DNA of 63,010 nt, filler included, from Collodictyon triciliatum (taxonomy: Eukaryota), in the NCBI GenBank assembly GCA_043381765.1. It is 5 parts of 5 records of this genome, joined end to end, with 100 filler letters (N's around TTAATTAATTAA, not from the genome) between each part and the next. Parts side by side here need not be neighbours in the genome. Positions count along the whole stretch, not along the records: positions 46,162 to 63,010 come from JBHJMP010000484.1; 4 more parts are not named here. One strand, given 5' to 3'. The translations under genes and the position numbers were made by a program. The notes under the pieces were generated by a model. The model made no database searches. It saw only the letters and a list, made by a program, of their open reading frames with translations, and was not told the DNA's origin. Below, in pieces: positions 46,300 to 61,895 of the stretch (positions within the stretch are counted from its first letter, which is position 1; the number at the start of each line of letters is the position of its first letter).

Positions 46300-49200
46300 G
46301 TCTCTCAAAAACAGTTCGCTCGATCACTTCCGCACATTATGCCGTTGCTAGCTGAGCTTTTGATTTACCCCACAGTTGAGAGTGCAGGTGGAGCCATTAA
46401 AGCCTTAATCAGCATTACTGATACGTGTAAAGCACGCCTAGAAAAAGGTAGTCACCACATTCCTTTACACGATTTGAAACAAAGGTGAAAATTTTTCATA
46501 AAATTCAATTTTTTGTATGACTTAGATCCAAATGCGACTAGATTTATCAAATTATTAAGGAAATAATTTTCTTCACAGACGAGGTTGATAAAATGAATCT
46601 TTGTGGATACTTTGATTCGTTCGCTGGCGATTATTGTGCTCATATACTTGATTGGGCGTCATCAGTTCCTGATTTATCCTTTCAGATAGACATCGTAAAG
46701 GTTCTCTATTTTCTTTATTCATTTACAGAAAAATGTCTGTGAGTCATTCAAGACTTTTTTTTTCAAAATAAAAATACGAGGATAAGACATTATGATAAAA
46801 AGGTTATACCACTCTTTAGCTCCTTGGAAACCTCTCGATTTGTAGTAGGAACTCATTTTTGAACTACTCCTTTGCGTCATTCTCTCATTTGTCAAAGCTT
46901 CTGAATATATGCAACACAGTTATTACGGTTTGAAATATTTATTATCCTTTAAAATGATACTAATGTAGAAGCTCAAAATTTTTATATATTTATTCATCTT
47001 TTACATGGTAAATTACATATATAATTAGAAGCAACCCCTTATGAAGAAATTGTTATCTATTGACAATTTAAATCTAACGGGGAGTAAACCTGTGAGGCCT
47101 CACGAAACAGGAAGAAACTCAAGCAACCAGCCCCAAGGTTTTGAGCGATCCAATACCGAAACTCTTTTATTTAAGGCTATTTGTTTCTCGACTTATTCTC
47201 AATTGTCGCTCATATAGAATCATTTGGGTTTATCTTCGATTTCACTGGGCTTATGTCATATGTTCAAATCTATCAAAGAATCAACTCTACAAAAGAATCT
47301 AGCCTATCCGGCTTCGATGACGACCCACTTTGTGTGTTGTGTGCATCAATCGTGCAAGTACTCTTTCTTTTTTTTAAAGAGCAACTTTTTAATTGAATGC
47401 ATGGAAACATTTTTCTACGGATTTGCAATTAAAGGGGTTGCTACTCAATGCTTAGTCTCTGCTCTTTATTTTGAGAAGAGTGAAAAAGGATCTATGGATA
47501 GAGTATCTCCCCGAACTCCATTACCTGTTACACACGTTACTGGCATTCTATCCAGAGGTTTTTTCTTCCATAAATATTTGAAGATTGCACCCCAACACCC
47601 TATTACGAATTCATTATTATTATTACTATTATTATATCATCATATTTTTTCAACAAATATGAAAAAAAACTAATAATTTGAATCATATGCAGAGCGTTAT
47701 ACCTTTTTACAACGAATTTTTCCACATGGTTATCGTTCAATCGGCAACTCCGGCATACTATATTTCTCGTCCAAGTATCGATGTTCAGTCAATTACACTG
47801 GACCAGTATACTACTGAATCATCAAATGTACAAGACCAGAGCATTCTCACAGACGCAGGTCTGTCATGCCTTTCACTACTTTTGAATCACTATAAACGAA
47901 AATGAATGATGTATATTGCAAAATTTTAATAAGGTGGGGTAATCTAAGTTACATATATTCCTTCCTTCCCCCCCTCCCCCCCCCCCCCCCCCCCCCTTTA
48001 GATTATGCAGTGTCATTGGAGAGTGACAACCGAAGATTTCCTTTGGCTGAGTATTCGTCTGCTCTGATCAGGGAGCAGCGATCATCTAGTGTATCATGGA
48101 GCAGGGACGATATATCAGGAAGTGCGACAAAGAAGGCATGGAGCAAATTCAAGCCATTCCTTCCAACTACCCAGATGATGAAATACCCGAGCCTCATATT
48201 GTCGAATGAGTTTGGAGAGTTTGTCTTTGTTATTTCACTCATAAATTTAAATCAGCTATAATGTTTTTTTCTTCTATCGACTCAGCAACCAATAATTTCA
48301 ATTTTAAATTGTTTCTATGCGACGAATTTTATATGTATAGCACGCTTTACAAGTCCATGGACTCCAACAAGTTTATCCCAGTCATAGAAAGCTGTATGAA
48401 AATGTATAAAAACACATTAAATTCAAAAGTCCAGTCCCTTATTCTAGATTTTCTTGGGAGAATCGTTGCGTGTGGTGTAAACTTCTCTCGGCTTGATAAA
48501 GATAACACTTTTCTTGGGTTTATAGTTGAGCAGGCATGCTTCATTATAATTCCATACAATACCATAAATACTCATATTATAATTCAAAACATATTCCTTA
48601 GCACAATACCATTATTGAAATTTCTTGTATACCTCGGTTCACACTTCTAGTTAACAGAGATTCATGTCCATATGAATAACCCAAAGCACCTCCTAAGCTC
48701 ATTCTTTGAATTTCTCTGCATTTTGATGTATCTTACAGAGCACAAGAGAGAAGTAGCTATTTATGAAACTGCCTATTTCCTTGTTTTAATTTATGCCAAC
48801 ATTAGTGTTCTTGATTTATTTCGATTCATAACCATTAATAATTTGCATATTTATATAGGTATTGACAGTAAACCAATTGAAGTTTTTGATCACAAATGTC
48901 CAAGAAAACGAATTTGTCGGACATGGAGGAATTCAGGAATATCTCACCCCATTTCTGGTTTATGTATATGATACGTCTAAGGTTAAATTATTGCATATAA
49001 AATCAATCATACATTTTATTTGGTATTAATTAATCAATTTTATCACATCGGTCCCAAAAAACAAAGCTTTTTTTTAATGCTCTTGAAATGCAGTGACAAA
49101 CCAACCTGTTCGTGCTCTTTCAACCAAACGATTAATTTATATATACATATAATCATTCTAGACTTATGTCGCGCGTATACCAGACCAATCTGATCAAGCT

Positions 49201-52200
49201 GGTGATCTGATTTACAGTTTGTTATCAAATTCTCTAAAATCTCCTCACGTTTTGAATACTTTGATGTCATCCACTAGCAAATTGCGATTCACGATGTTTT
49301 GGAAAAGGTACAATCCATTACATTCTATTTTTTCTAAAAGAAATTTAAACTTAAGATGGGGATAAGGAGGAGGCAGAAAAATTAAGGAGCGATAGTGACT
49401 CAAACTATGGACGGCATCATATATTAGTTAATGATATTTTAATTGTGATTTTAAATATATCAGATATGCGAAGGACATCAGAGAAAGAGTTCTCAATGCC
49501 ATATCGTCCACTCAGGCTGATTCGCTTAGCGTCGATTCTTTTCCACTAAAAAATTTTGTAAGAAAAAGTCGACCAACTATATATGCTACCTATCTTGCTG
49601 TCCACATGCCATAATACGGACGTAAACAAACAAACAAACAAACAAACAAACAAACAAACAAACAAACAAACAAACAAACAAACAAACAAACAAACAAACA
49701 AACAAACAAACAAACAAACAAACAAAGAACCTATTCACAAAGGAAACGTCAGCCTACATATCCATTCTAAACCGGACTGCGATTGAATCTGTGGATCGAT
49801 GGGATATTTTTCGACACATTATTTTAGTAATGCAGCGGTCTCTAGATATTACCACTATACCAGCAACTGAGAAGACAACCATGTCATTTAAAATCAGACT
49901 ATTAGGAGCATTGACAAGGATGCATCTGGTATATTTTACTTTTGGAGTTCTGAAAAATTCATCCCAATTCTTTATTCTAAGTTTCTTTGAATCCTTTAAT
50001 TTCTCACTTTGATGACTTTGTAGCTTATGGAGCACTTTTGCGCCGTTTTGAATCATATGCATACTTCATTGATATGTCCAACAAATCAAGAGAATATCAT
50101 TCGTGGAGAACTGAGGGGAATAGTCATACCCAAGATATTTTATTTACTCAGAGCTGCTTTTGGTATAAATAGACTTTGTTTCTCCTTCGAATAAAGGAAA
50201 AAAAAAAAGACTTTGTTTCTCTAACCCCCTGTTTTTCTATTCCAAAGAAACACACTATTTTATTGCAGAATTAAGCAATATTTAAAACTATAATAGATTC
50301 CTCAGCAAACGGACCATTCAATGAACACATTCAGAATGCCGCATGTGGGATATTGGAATGTATAAGCAGTTTATTGATAAAGCATCGATCTTTGACAGCA
50401 GATGCCACATGTGCAAAATTTGGCGAATTTCTTTACCAATTTATCGAATCCTCATTCTTCAAACAGAAGGCATGTCATTATTGCTCCTTTTAAGATAACG
50501 TAATTTTATGGCATATTTTTCTTTGAAATGATCTAGACTTTTATTCGCATAATTTCTCAGGATGACATAGTCGGGTGCATAATGAATTCTATATTCTCCT
50601 CTTGTAATGTACGAAACAAAATTGTGCTATGCAAATTCATGATTCCGATTGGCCGTTATATACCTGATTTCGGAGCCTGGATTCCCTTACAGAATCCTAA
50701 AAATGAAAGGTTTTTTTTCTTCTAATTAACAAAACAACAATAGTAAAGCATTTTCCCCCTTTATTCGATTTAAGGGAACAATAGCAAGCATATAAAATGT
50801 AATAGTGGTTGGTTGTATCCAAGTATAGTTTCATTATGCTCTGATGCTCAAATTTGAATTTTTCAATCACCCAAAACAGTTTAAACGATTTTATCGTGGT
50901 CAATACATGCTTTCTGACTCTTGCAAGCGTTTACCGAAAAATGACAGAGACAAAATACGACCCTCAAACGCTGAGTCAATACCTGGTATATATGCACTCT
51001 AAATTGCTGTATGGAAACCTACATTTGTAACATTTCTTTTATGAATCTCTTGCTTGCAGATTTCCGCAGCCACTTTGCCGCAAATTTCTCAGCTGCTTAT
51101 CGAAAACCATAATGACCCTAATGTGTCAATATTTGTACTATCCCACAAAAGGAATACTGAATTTGAATATTCAATTTTGAATAACTTGGACAATTATCTG
51201 AAAACGATAAAATTGTGGAGGTTCGTTGTTAAAATATGTATCGAAGTATGAATTTAAACATATACCTTCTTTGTTTAGCACAAACCTATGTATATCTTTT
51301 CTCTTTTTCTCTTTTTCTCTTTTTCTCTTTTTCTCTTTTTCTCTTTTTCTCTTTTTCTCTTTTTCTCTTTTTCTCTTTTTCTCTTTTTCTCTTTTTCTCT
51401 TTTNNNNNNNNNNNNNNNNNNNNNNNNNNNNNNNNNNNNNNNNNNNNNNNNNNNNNNNNNNNNNNNNNNNNNNNNNNNNNNNNNNNNNNNNNNNNNNNNN
51501 NNNCTTCTCTTCTTCTCTTCTCTTCTCTTCTCTTCTCTTCTCTTCTCTTCTCTTCTCTTCTCTTCTCTTCTCTTCTCTTCTCTTCTCTTCTCTTCTCTTC
51601 TTCTCTTCTCTTCTTCTCTTCTTCTCTTCTTCTCTTCTTCTCTTCTTCTCTTCTTCTCTTCTTCTCTTCTCATTGTTTTGTTTTTCTTATCTTTTGTAGT
51701 ATTTTTTTTTTACTTCTTTAAATGAATAAAGGAAAAAAATACTTATTTCTTGAAGGGGATTTCTATATTTTTCATTTTATTCCCATATATTTATTTATAT
51801 CTGCATTTTAACAGGCCGTCTTTCATTGGGAAGCTTTTATCTTTTCTTCAACTGCTAAGGCCTTCAGTAGCGCTGTTGAACGTAATTTCCTTCATTCAGA
51901 TGAATATGTGTAAATTTACAACTTTTCGTTCGGTATAAGAGTAAAGAGCAATAAATTTTGTATTATTTTTATGTCTTGTTCTTCTTTTTCTTGTTCAGTG
52001 TGGAATTGATATTGTTTGCCCATGGTTTGCTTGACTGATTACCAAGTTTATTTTAATACACGATACAATTCCTGTATCCTTAGTTAAATACTCATAGACA
52101 CCTTTCTATGATAGGTTGCTGCTTCACGACTGCTGTCCTCTCCTTTGACGCGACAGATGTCCCTTAATTTCGTCTATAATCTCTTAACAAACCTCGCGGC

Positions 52201-55200
52201 TGAAAATTGTTGTGTTAAGGGAGAGGACATTTCATTTGAATCCAAGAAAGGATTGTTTGAGATATTGTCCAGGCCACCAAAATCAAAAAAACACGTGCCC
52301 GGAAGGGAGCTTCTGGTGAACATATTGGATTCTATGGCTCACACTGCAGAAGTTATTGAAGAGGATATGTCGGAGATAGTCACATCTTTTGATATGTCTT
52401 TAGACAGTCGTAACGAATTTTTAAAATTGCTGGCTGCAAAGTGCAACAAAACATGTAAAGTCTTGTTCACAGCGCTACCAGGTATAATCAAATTCTTGAC
52501 GCTGGAAGAAACAAAGAAGTTGACCGAGAGTGAAGACTTTGATGCCAGAGTGTTATCTAAATGTCTTCGATCTGTCGCTAATTCTCCTTGGCACTGTGAT
52601 ATAATCATAAATAGTCTCGTAAAGTATATGTCTACCACCACAAGGTTGGAAATTGGTTCAATCAGAGATATCTCTGAACTGTCTCCATTCATGTGCGACA
52701 TTCTGCAAAATATGAATGGATCAATATTCCAGGCAAACGAAAAGTACAAACTATTATATATTCAATTTAAACGTATGTTATATAATGGACATACTGTTCA
52801 TTATGACTGACATATTTTTGTATATTAAGAATAAAGGAAGAATCGTTCATCGGTTACTTTTTGGATGTAATAATAAAAAGCTGTCCTGTAATCAACTCTT
52901 CACTGTCCTACGAATTGATAACACAATACCAGTTTGAAGTCTTCCTAGAGGTAAAAGTCTTATGAGTATATTTTGGTATGAGTAGGTTTGATAATAATGT
53001 ATTTTTTTTTTTTTTTGCATATGGTTAATTTTTTTACTTTGTTTTCGCTATTCCGTTTCCATTATACTTATTTCAATTAGATAATTCTTTCTCAATACTA
53101 TTATAATCTATCACAATAACAATTAAATGCATCTATATCATCTTCCATTTTATCTGTAAAATTATAGCTGTGCGAGCTCACTGCCATGTTTTACCTGAAA
53201 AACTTTTCGAATTACTCTCCAAATGCTATTGAAATGACCAAAGAAAAATTCCAAAACATTCTTGGCCAGCTACTTTCTATTTATGAAATTCTGAAACCTT
53301 CGAAACGAGCCCAAAGGTTCTTGTCATATTGTAGAACTTTTTTTTTCATTTTATACTATATGTTTCGCATAATTATCATGATTGCCCCCTTTTTATATAT
53401 GCTCAAATTCCCTTTCAGGCATAATGCGTGCGTCTTTAGCAAAATTTCAAGACTATCAAGTCAAACATTGCAACGATGGAGGTAAATTTACCCTACCATT
53501 TGTGATTTTTCCCTTGCAACTGTACACATTCTCTCTCTCTCTCTCTCTCNNNNNNNNNNNNNNNNNNNNNNNNNNNNNNNNNNNNNNNNNNNNNNNNNNN
53601 NNNNNNNNNNNNNNNNNNNNNNNNNNNNNNNNNNNNNNNNNNNNNNNNNNNNNNNNNNNNNNNNNNNNNNNNNNNNNNNNNNNNNNNNNNNNNNNNNNNN
53701 NNNNNNNNNNNNNNNNNNNNNNNNNNNNNNNNNNNNNNNNNNNNNNNNNNNNNNNNNNNNNNNNNNNNNNNNNNNNNNNNNNNNNNNNNNNNNNNNNNNN
53801 NNNNNTTCTTTTTTTTCTTTTTTTTCTTTTTTTTCTCATTCCATTATTCGACTCAAAGATTTTTAATACATCATCTAATTGATTTTGCAAACTCAATACA
53901 TTACAGAAGTACTCGTCACGGCTTTCTTAATCAAGTGATCGAGAAAAAAATTCACTCGGTATTTACCAAAATCGGCCGTTTGTTTACCGGTAAGGTTTAC
54001 AGCACCTGGTTAGTTGAGGACAAGGCTCAATTTTCGGAGTATAGCCCAGCAGATGAGTCTGCGTTAATTGACTCAGATTTGGTCAACAAATCTACTGGAA
54101 ACTCTTTTGAGGACAGCAGCATCCTTAATCCATCAACGCCTTCTCAATTTGAAGGAACAGATGCTTCCTTTATTAAGGGTGAAAATTCAGGGAGTTCGGA
54201 TGTGTTCGGTGTTGACGGAGTGCCATATATAGAACCTGTAATTGGAGAAGAAGGGAAGGGTCGTTCGATTAGTATCCAGTCATATTCTAGTGCTGAAGAG
54301 AACACCTACAGCAGAATATTTTCCAGTCATTTCCCTACTTCCATCAAACTCGCTCAGAAAACACTGTTTCTCGTTCGGGATGAAACAGAAACTCTTTGTG
54401 AGTTAATGGGCTCATTGGCTAAATTCGGGTGGTCTTCCTGGAGTGACTTTTATGAAGTAAAGGATGCATATATTAAATTATATTTTCAATTAATCTACTT
54501 CTTTTTCTTTTAGTTTTGAATGTGCAGTAATAAACTATTGAAATAGATGTGGGACTTTTATACCTCGAATATCCAAGGAGTTATTGATGAGCCAGAAGAG
54601 GTTTTCTTAAGTGCTTTAGTTCGTTCTGTTACACTTCTTGTGAGACAGGTAATAAAATAATTAATGAAAGCTCGCATGTTGACCATTTTTCCGTTCAAAG
54701 AGTAGTTTTTTTTTCTGTTTTTACAAGTGTTATAATCCTACTTGGACTATTCTGGTAGGCCTTCATGAACGAACCTGGGTCTCCAGAGTCTGGCTTTCAG
54801 TATGCACCAAGAGAATTGCAATCATACACCGTATCAGAAAAAGGAAAATTGTTGGCAAGGACTAGAAAGGCCATGGATAACGTTTCGAACACATTTTATT
54901 CGTGGAATGAGGTGAATTTTTTCTTTTATTAAAATTCATTTACTTTCTGATGCTGCATGCTGTTCGAATCTGTCATCTTATCTGGTGCTATCTAGCTATG
55001 GAATTTTGTTGTCCCTTTCTTTTTATCCGCTGTAACTAATTTATTGTCGAATGATATGGAGTCTAATTCAAATCCCACCCACCCCTTTTTTTAAAAAAAA
55101 TAAAAGTTTATTCCTTTTGATGGAAACATAGAGCGATCTAGAAGGTAATAATTGGTTTATATATGCAAATTGATTAAAACATGCAATATAATACTACTTG

Positions 55201-58200
55201 ATATATCATTAGTGTCGTTGGTTATCAAGCCAACCAATTATCCATTCCACAGTTGAAGACCAGAGGCAACTTGGAAAGCTTAAAAGAGGTTGACTTTCAT
55301 CCAAGAAAAAAATATTCCTAGATAACCTTATACAGGAATGTATATATTCTCAACCTAATTTTCTCAACACGCAGGGAACTTCGCTTAGTAAGATTATAGA
55401 TAATCTCTTTAACATGTTTACACATCCGAAGTTTTTGGGAAAAATTGGGAAATCGGATGACCTTCAAGGAGAAGAATTTGGCTTAAAGGAGTCTGGAGAA
55501 CACTACAACCGCCCATTCCTCCGAAAAGAAGTCTTTCGCGCCATCTTCATGCTCTCCGATTATATGAATGGATCTCAAATTGAAAAAATGGTCCAATTAT
55601 TCGATTTCATACTTTTGGAAATAAAAAGAACGGCTATTGATGACCCTTTGGCAAAACCTTGGTTATTGCTTGGAATTTGCAAGGTATATTTGTTAGTAAC
55701 TTTTCAATATTAAATATATGTAACCCAAGAAAAGAAAGAACATAGTTTGATGAGAATAAGTGCGTGGGTTTCGATTTTCATTTTTCTTTTTCTTTTTCTT
55801 TTTGGTCAAATTTAAAAATCAGGGAATCGCCTTACTGGAACAGCCACCAAAGATTCGCATTCAATTAGATCAAGTCGTCAAGGAGTTGCTTGATTCAAAT
55901 ATCATTTTCGCTCACCTGGCATGCTTTGATGCAATTATGTTTATTTTTCAATCATCTAGGAGACAGGTGAAAATGATTATCAAACACTTTTGATCAAACT
56001 GGTGACTTGTTTGCGATTTTTTCTTAATTTTTCTGACTTAAGCTTTACATCGTATGTATGTATGTATGTATGTATGTATGTATGTATGTATGTATGTATG
56101 TATGTATGTATGTATGTATGTATGTATGTATGTATGTATGTATGTATGTATGTATGTATGTATGTATGTATGTGAATGTTTTCATTTATTTATACACTTT
56201 TGATCGCTTACTTTAGCTAGCAGAGTCACTTGCATTAACACTAATGGAAAAGAGTCGACATATTTTCAACAAAACGATAATTCCAAGGACGGCAGGAGAA
56301 ACAACCACGGATTTAAAAACATGTAGATATGTTTTTGATGCAAGACTAGGTGTACGCTATTATCAAAAACTGCTTGCAATAATGTACCAAATCGTGCTTG
56401 ACTATCCCAGAATATCCGAAGAAGCAGATTATACAAAATTTGTCGTTGCATACTCTATCTCAGTTCCCTCATCCCTCTATACTCCAGTCCAGGTAGTGTT
56501 ACTTTTATTCAAATTCTCTTTGATGATTGTATCTTTTTAATTTTTATTGTTATTTTTATCATCACCACCATTATCATAATCATCATCGGTGTTACTGGTA
56601 CAAAACTGAAAACTTTATGCATGAAGGATTAACAAATGAAACACGAACCAATACATTTACATATCTACGAACCAGATTCTAGCATCAGTATATGCCGGAT
56701 TAGAGCGACTTTTGACATCTTACACACTCTCCCAAATGCATCGATTCGCAATCGTCAGATATGCATTTTCACGCTTGAATATGTCTGATGATTTGAATAG
56801 AGGGTCGTCAGGGAAGCATCCCTCTTCCTCAGCGAATATACCAAACTGGACCGGGGAACATGTTTTGGAGATTCAATCTCCACATCAAGAAAGAATCAAA
56901 AAGCAACTAATGAGGCGGGCATTGTCAATCACGTCCATCTACATAACTAACATCGGACACTCGCATGGCTCAGGAGAAAATGATGCGGGAAATATGTAAC
57001 CTTCGTATCCTTTTTGGTGTACTCTATACTATGGTTTTATGTATATTTTTTTATAAGCTATGCTCATCATGAATTTATTTTATAATATTCTTTTTTGCAG
57101 AAAAAAATTGAGAATCAAGCCTTTTTATTTCTAATATCACCTTATTATTCGTTCTCTTTAGTCATTTGGATGTCACAGAGAGGGTTATGGACTCATTTTC
57201 AAAAGTATGGCAGCCATATAGAGATGACCTGCAAATAGTTTCAAGGTGAACTTCATTTCTGGAACTTTGCATGAAGTAGCTTAACTCAAATATACATTCT
57301 TGGATCCGCAACCATCTATCTTGTAGAAATACTTACCAAACTTTGCTTTTTAAGGGAATTATCGCACCTGCTTTTGGACTTTTTCTCTCCAGAAAGACTC
57401 TTACCCATGATATTCAATGAATTTCTAAAGCTGAAAGGAACTCCACTGATAATAGGACGCATCCTTTTTGAAGTGCGTGATGTATATCTAGTATAGTCCA
57501 CGTGTTTCTTTCTTTTTTGTCACATTTTTATCTCAAACACATAAATAAATGTACTGAATTTTATTGTCATCCTGTTCACAGGTTTGCCAAACCTTGTTAG
57601 CTAAGGGTTGTCATGAAAACATACTTCAGTTGGCTTCCATATCCATCCCGAACATCATTTCTAATAGAAACAAAGATGTTTTGATATGGTCACTATCTGT
57701 GATATTCCTGTCTGCATCGACAAAGTCGCACATCCAAGGATTGTAATAGAATTCATTACCATCCCATAACTATATTTACAAGATAAGCTGGTATGTGAGC
57801 TGGTAAACTAAGCGTCACTACCTACACTTGACTTTCCTTTTATTTCATTAAATATCACAAAAGGTTTTGGCAAATCTCAAACACACTGCGCCCGGATACT
57901 GACATCTTCCTAACATCGGCATGCGATTTTTATTCTCATCAGGTCAGAAAATACTTCAATCACAGCAAGTTGACTTTTTACACCATTAATTTTCAGAAGA
58001 AGAAGAAGAAGAAGAAAAAAAAGAAAAGACGCCGATTATATTTATGGGCATGAATATTATCTTTTTTCTTCTTTTTGAACGTGTTGAATATCTCATGAGT
58101 TGTTCTTTGAAAGAGATGGAAAAGGAATTATGTATCTATGTGCAACAGAGTAGCAACAACGTAGCAATCAAGTATGATATCTAATTATGTTCGAACAAAA

Positions 58201-58328
58201 CATAGAGTATCCCACCAGAAAAGAGAACCGAAATAAAGAGGGAATTTCTCGCGCGTGCTCACGCCATACCCATATTCAAATCTCTGCTCGACTTGATGGA
58301 TGATTTCGACAAGGAGTCGTTCTGCTAG
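46300..58328 (+). CDS. HTT: Huntingtin orthologue (5' part missing in gap)
   Basis: Collinear matches to recalled huntingtin blocks: VQSLILDFLGRIVACGVNFSRLDKDNTFLGFIVEQ, FGWSSWSDFYEMW, EVFRAIFMLSDY..DDPLAKPWLLLGICK, VYAGLERLLTS, DFFSPERLLPMIFNEFL, IWSLSVIFLSAST and ACDFYSHQ. Ends DKESFC*. Confidence 0.93.
49624..49726. repeat. (AAAC)n intronic microsatellite
   Basis: Direct reading. Confidence 0.95.
51295..51671. repeat. (TTTTTCTC)n / (CTCTT)n compound intronic repeat spanning an N gap
   Basis: Direct reading. Confidence 0.9.
56052..56173. repeat. (GTAT)n intronic microsatellite
   Basis: Direct reading. Confidence 0.95.
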
Positions 58329-58647
58329 TTCAACACACCAACCCCATCTACAATGATACTTGGGGTCCCATCCAGCACTTCTAACCAGCTGGTAGATATT
58401 GGTTCTAATGACCAAATATAATCTACCCCGTTATGAAGATGGGAAGAAATAATGGGAAAAAAAAAATCAAGAATAACAATAAATCACACAAACCAATTTA
58501 CTTTTTCCTTACCCACTTCTCTCGGGTCACTCCGAGATAAAATAAACTGAGTTTCATTTTTGAGGGAAGTTTTTGTTTGTTTGTTTTTTATTTAAAAACT
58601 ATTTCTTTTTTTTTTTCTTTCTTTTCGTTCTCTGCGGATGACCTCGC

Positions 58648-60911
<2,264 letters not shown>

Positions 60912-61076
60912 TCAACTGGAAAGATTAGTTAACATAAGAAGGCCTTTGCGAACTACACTGCTGTTGCGCTGATTTTTGCTTTGCATAGTGGCACAGCACT
61001 AAGTGTGCACCTGGCATTTGAGGGTGCTCTCTTGCGTTACATGCGGTATAGACTTGTAATATGATTGTGTTTTTGA

Positions 61077-61189
61077 TGTTTGTTGTTTGTTGTTTGTTGT
61101 TTGTTGTTTGTTGTTTGTTGTTTGTTGTTTGTTGTTTGTTGTTTGTTGTTTGTTGTTTGTTGTTTGTTGTTTGTTGTTTGTTGTTTGTT
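61077..61189. repeat. (TGTTTGT)n heptamer tandem repeat
   Basis: Direct reading. Confidence 0.95.
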
Positions 61190-61733
61190 GGAGTCTAAAC
61201 AGGCTTCTAGGATTCTCGCGTTTGCTTATTTCTTCGTTTCCCACATCCACCCAATACAAGTACAAGTATTGCATTATATCACAAATCATATGCAAGACCA
61301 CCGATCGCAGTCTCGCCATGTTTTCACCGCCAAATCCTCAAAAATCTCGTCAATACTTGTATTCCCAGCATTAAGAAAGCCCGGAGGCATTAGAGTAGTA
61401 TAGCTCCTCGGTGCCTCAAAGGGCCGACCTTAGCCTCGTTAATAAGCCATGACTAATACTTCTACAAACACTTGCAGCGATACTAATACAAAACCGAGGG
61501 GAAAAAAACATCAAAGCCGATAAGTAAATCATACTCACACATCGCAACTGAAGTCAGCATTGGATATATCCTTGTATAATATTGATACCAAGTATACATT
61601 TATATCTACTAGGAGTATACCATAAAATCTTAAAGACTGATGAAGAGAACTTCCTGCGAACTATGAAATCTTTCTACAGATTAAGATTATGTAATATTCT
61701 ACTATCTTATTTTTCATCGCTCGGCACAGGTCA

Positions 61734-61806
61734 GGGGGTGTAGCTCAGATGGTAGAGCGCTCGCTTAGCATGCGAGAGGTAACGGGATCGATGCCCGTCA
61801 CCTCCA
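61734..61806 (+). tRNA. tRNA-Ala (AGC)
   Basis: 73-nt cloverleaf. Acceptor stem GGGGGTG/CACCTCC-A with G3:U70. Anticodon arm CTCGC-TTAGCAT-GCGAG. T arm ACGGG-ATCGATG-CCCGT. A T-run Pol III terminator follows just downstream. Confidence 0.97.
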
Positions 61807-61895
61807 GATTACATTTTTCTCGCATCGCACCCGTCCCCTTTTGAGGAAGTTATATCACCCTCTTTTTTTTCGCCCAAGCCCAGCCTTTGTTGTCC

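Noticed and set aside
57005-57014. GTATCCTTTT as a second U12 donor in huntingtin
   Set aside because: An in-frame TAA precedes it. The phase-compatible donor is the GT at 56996.
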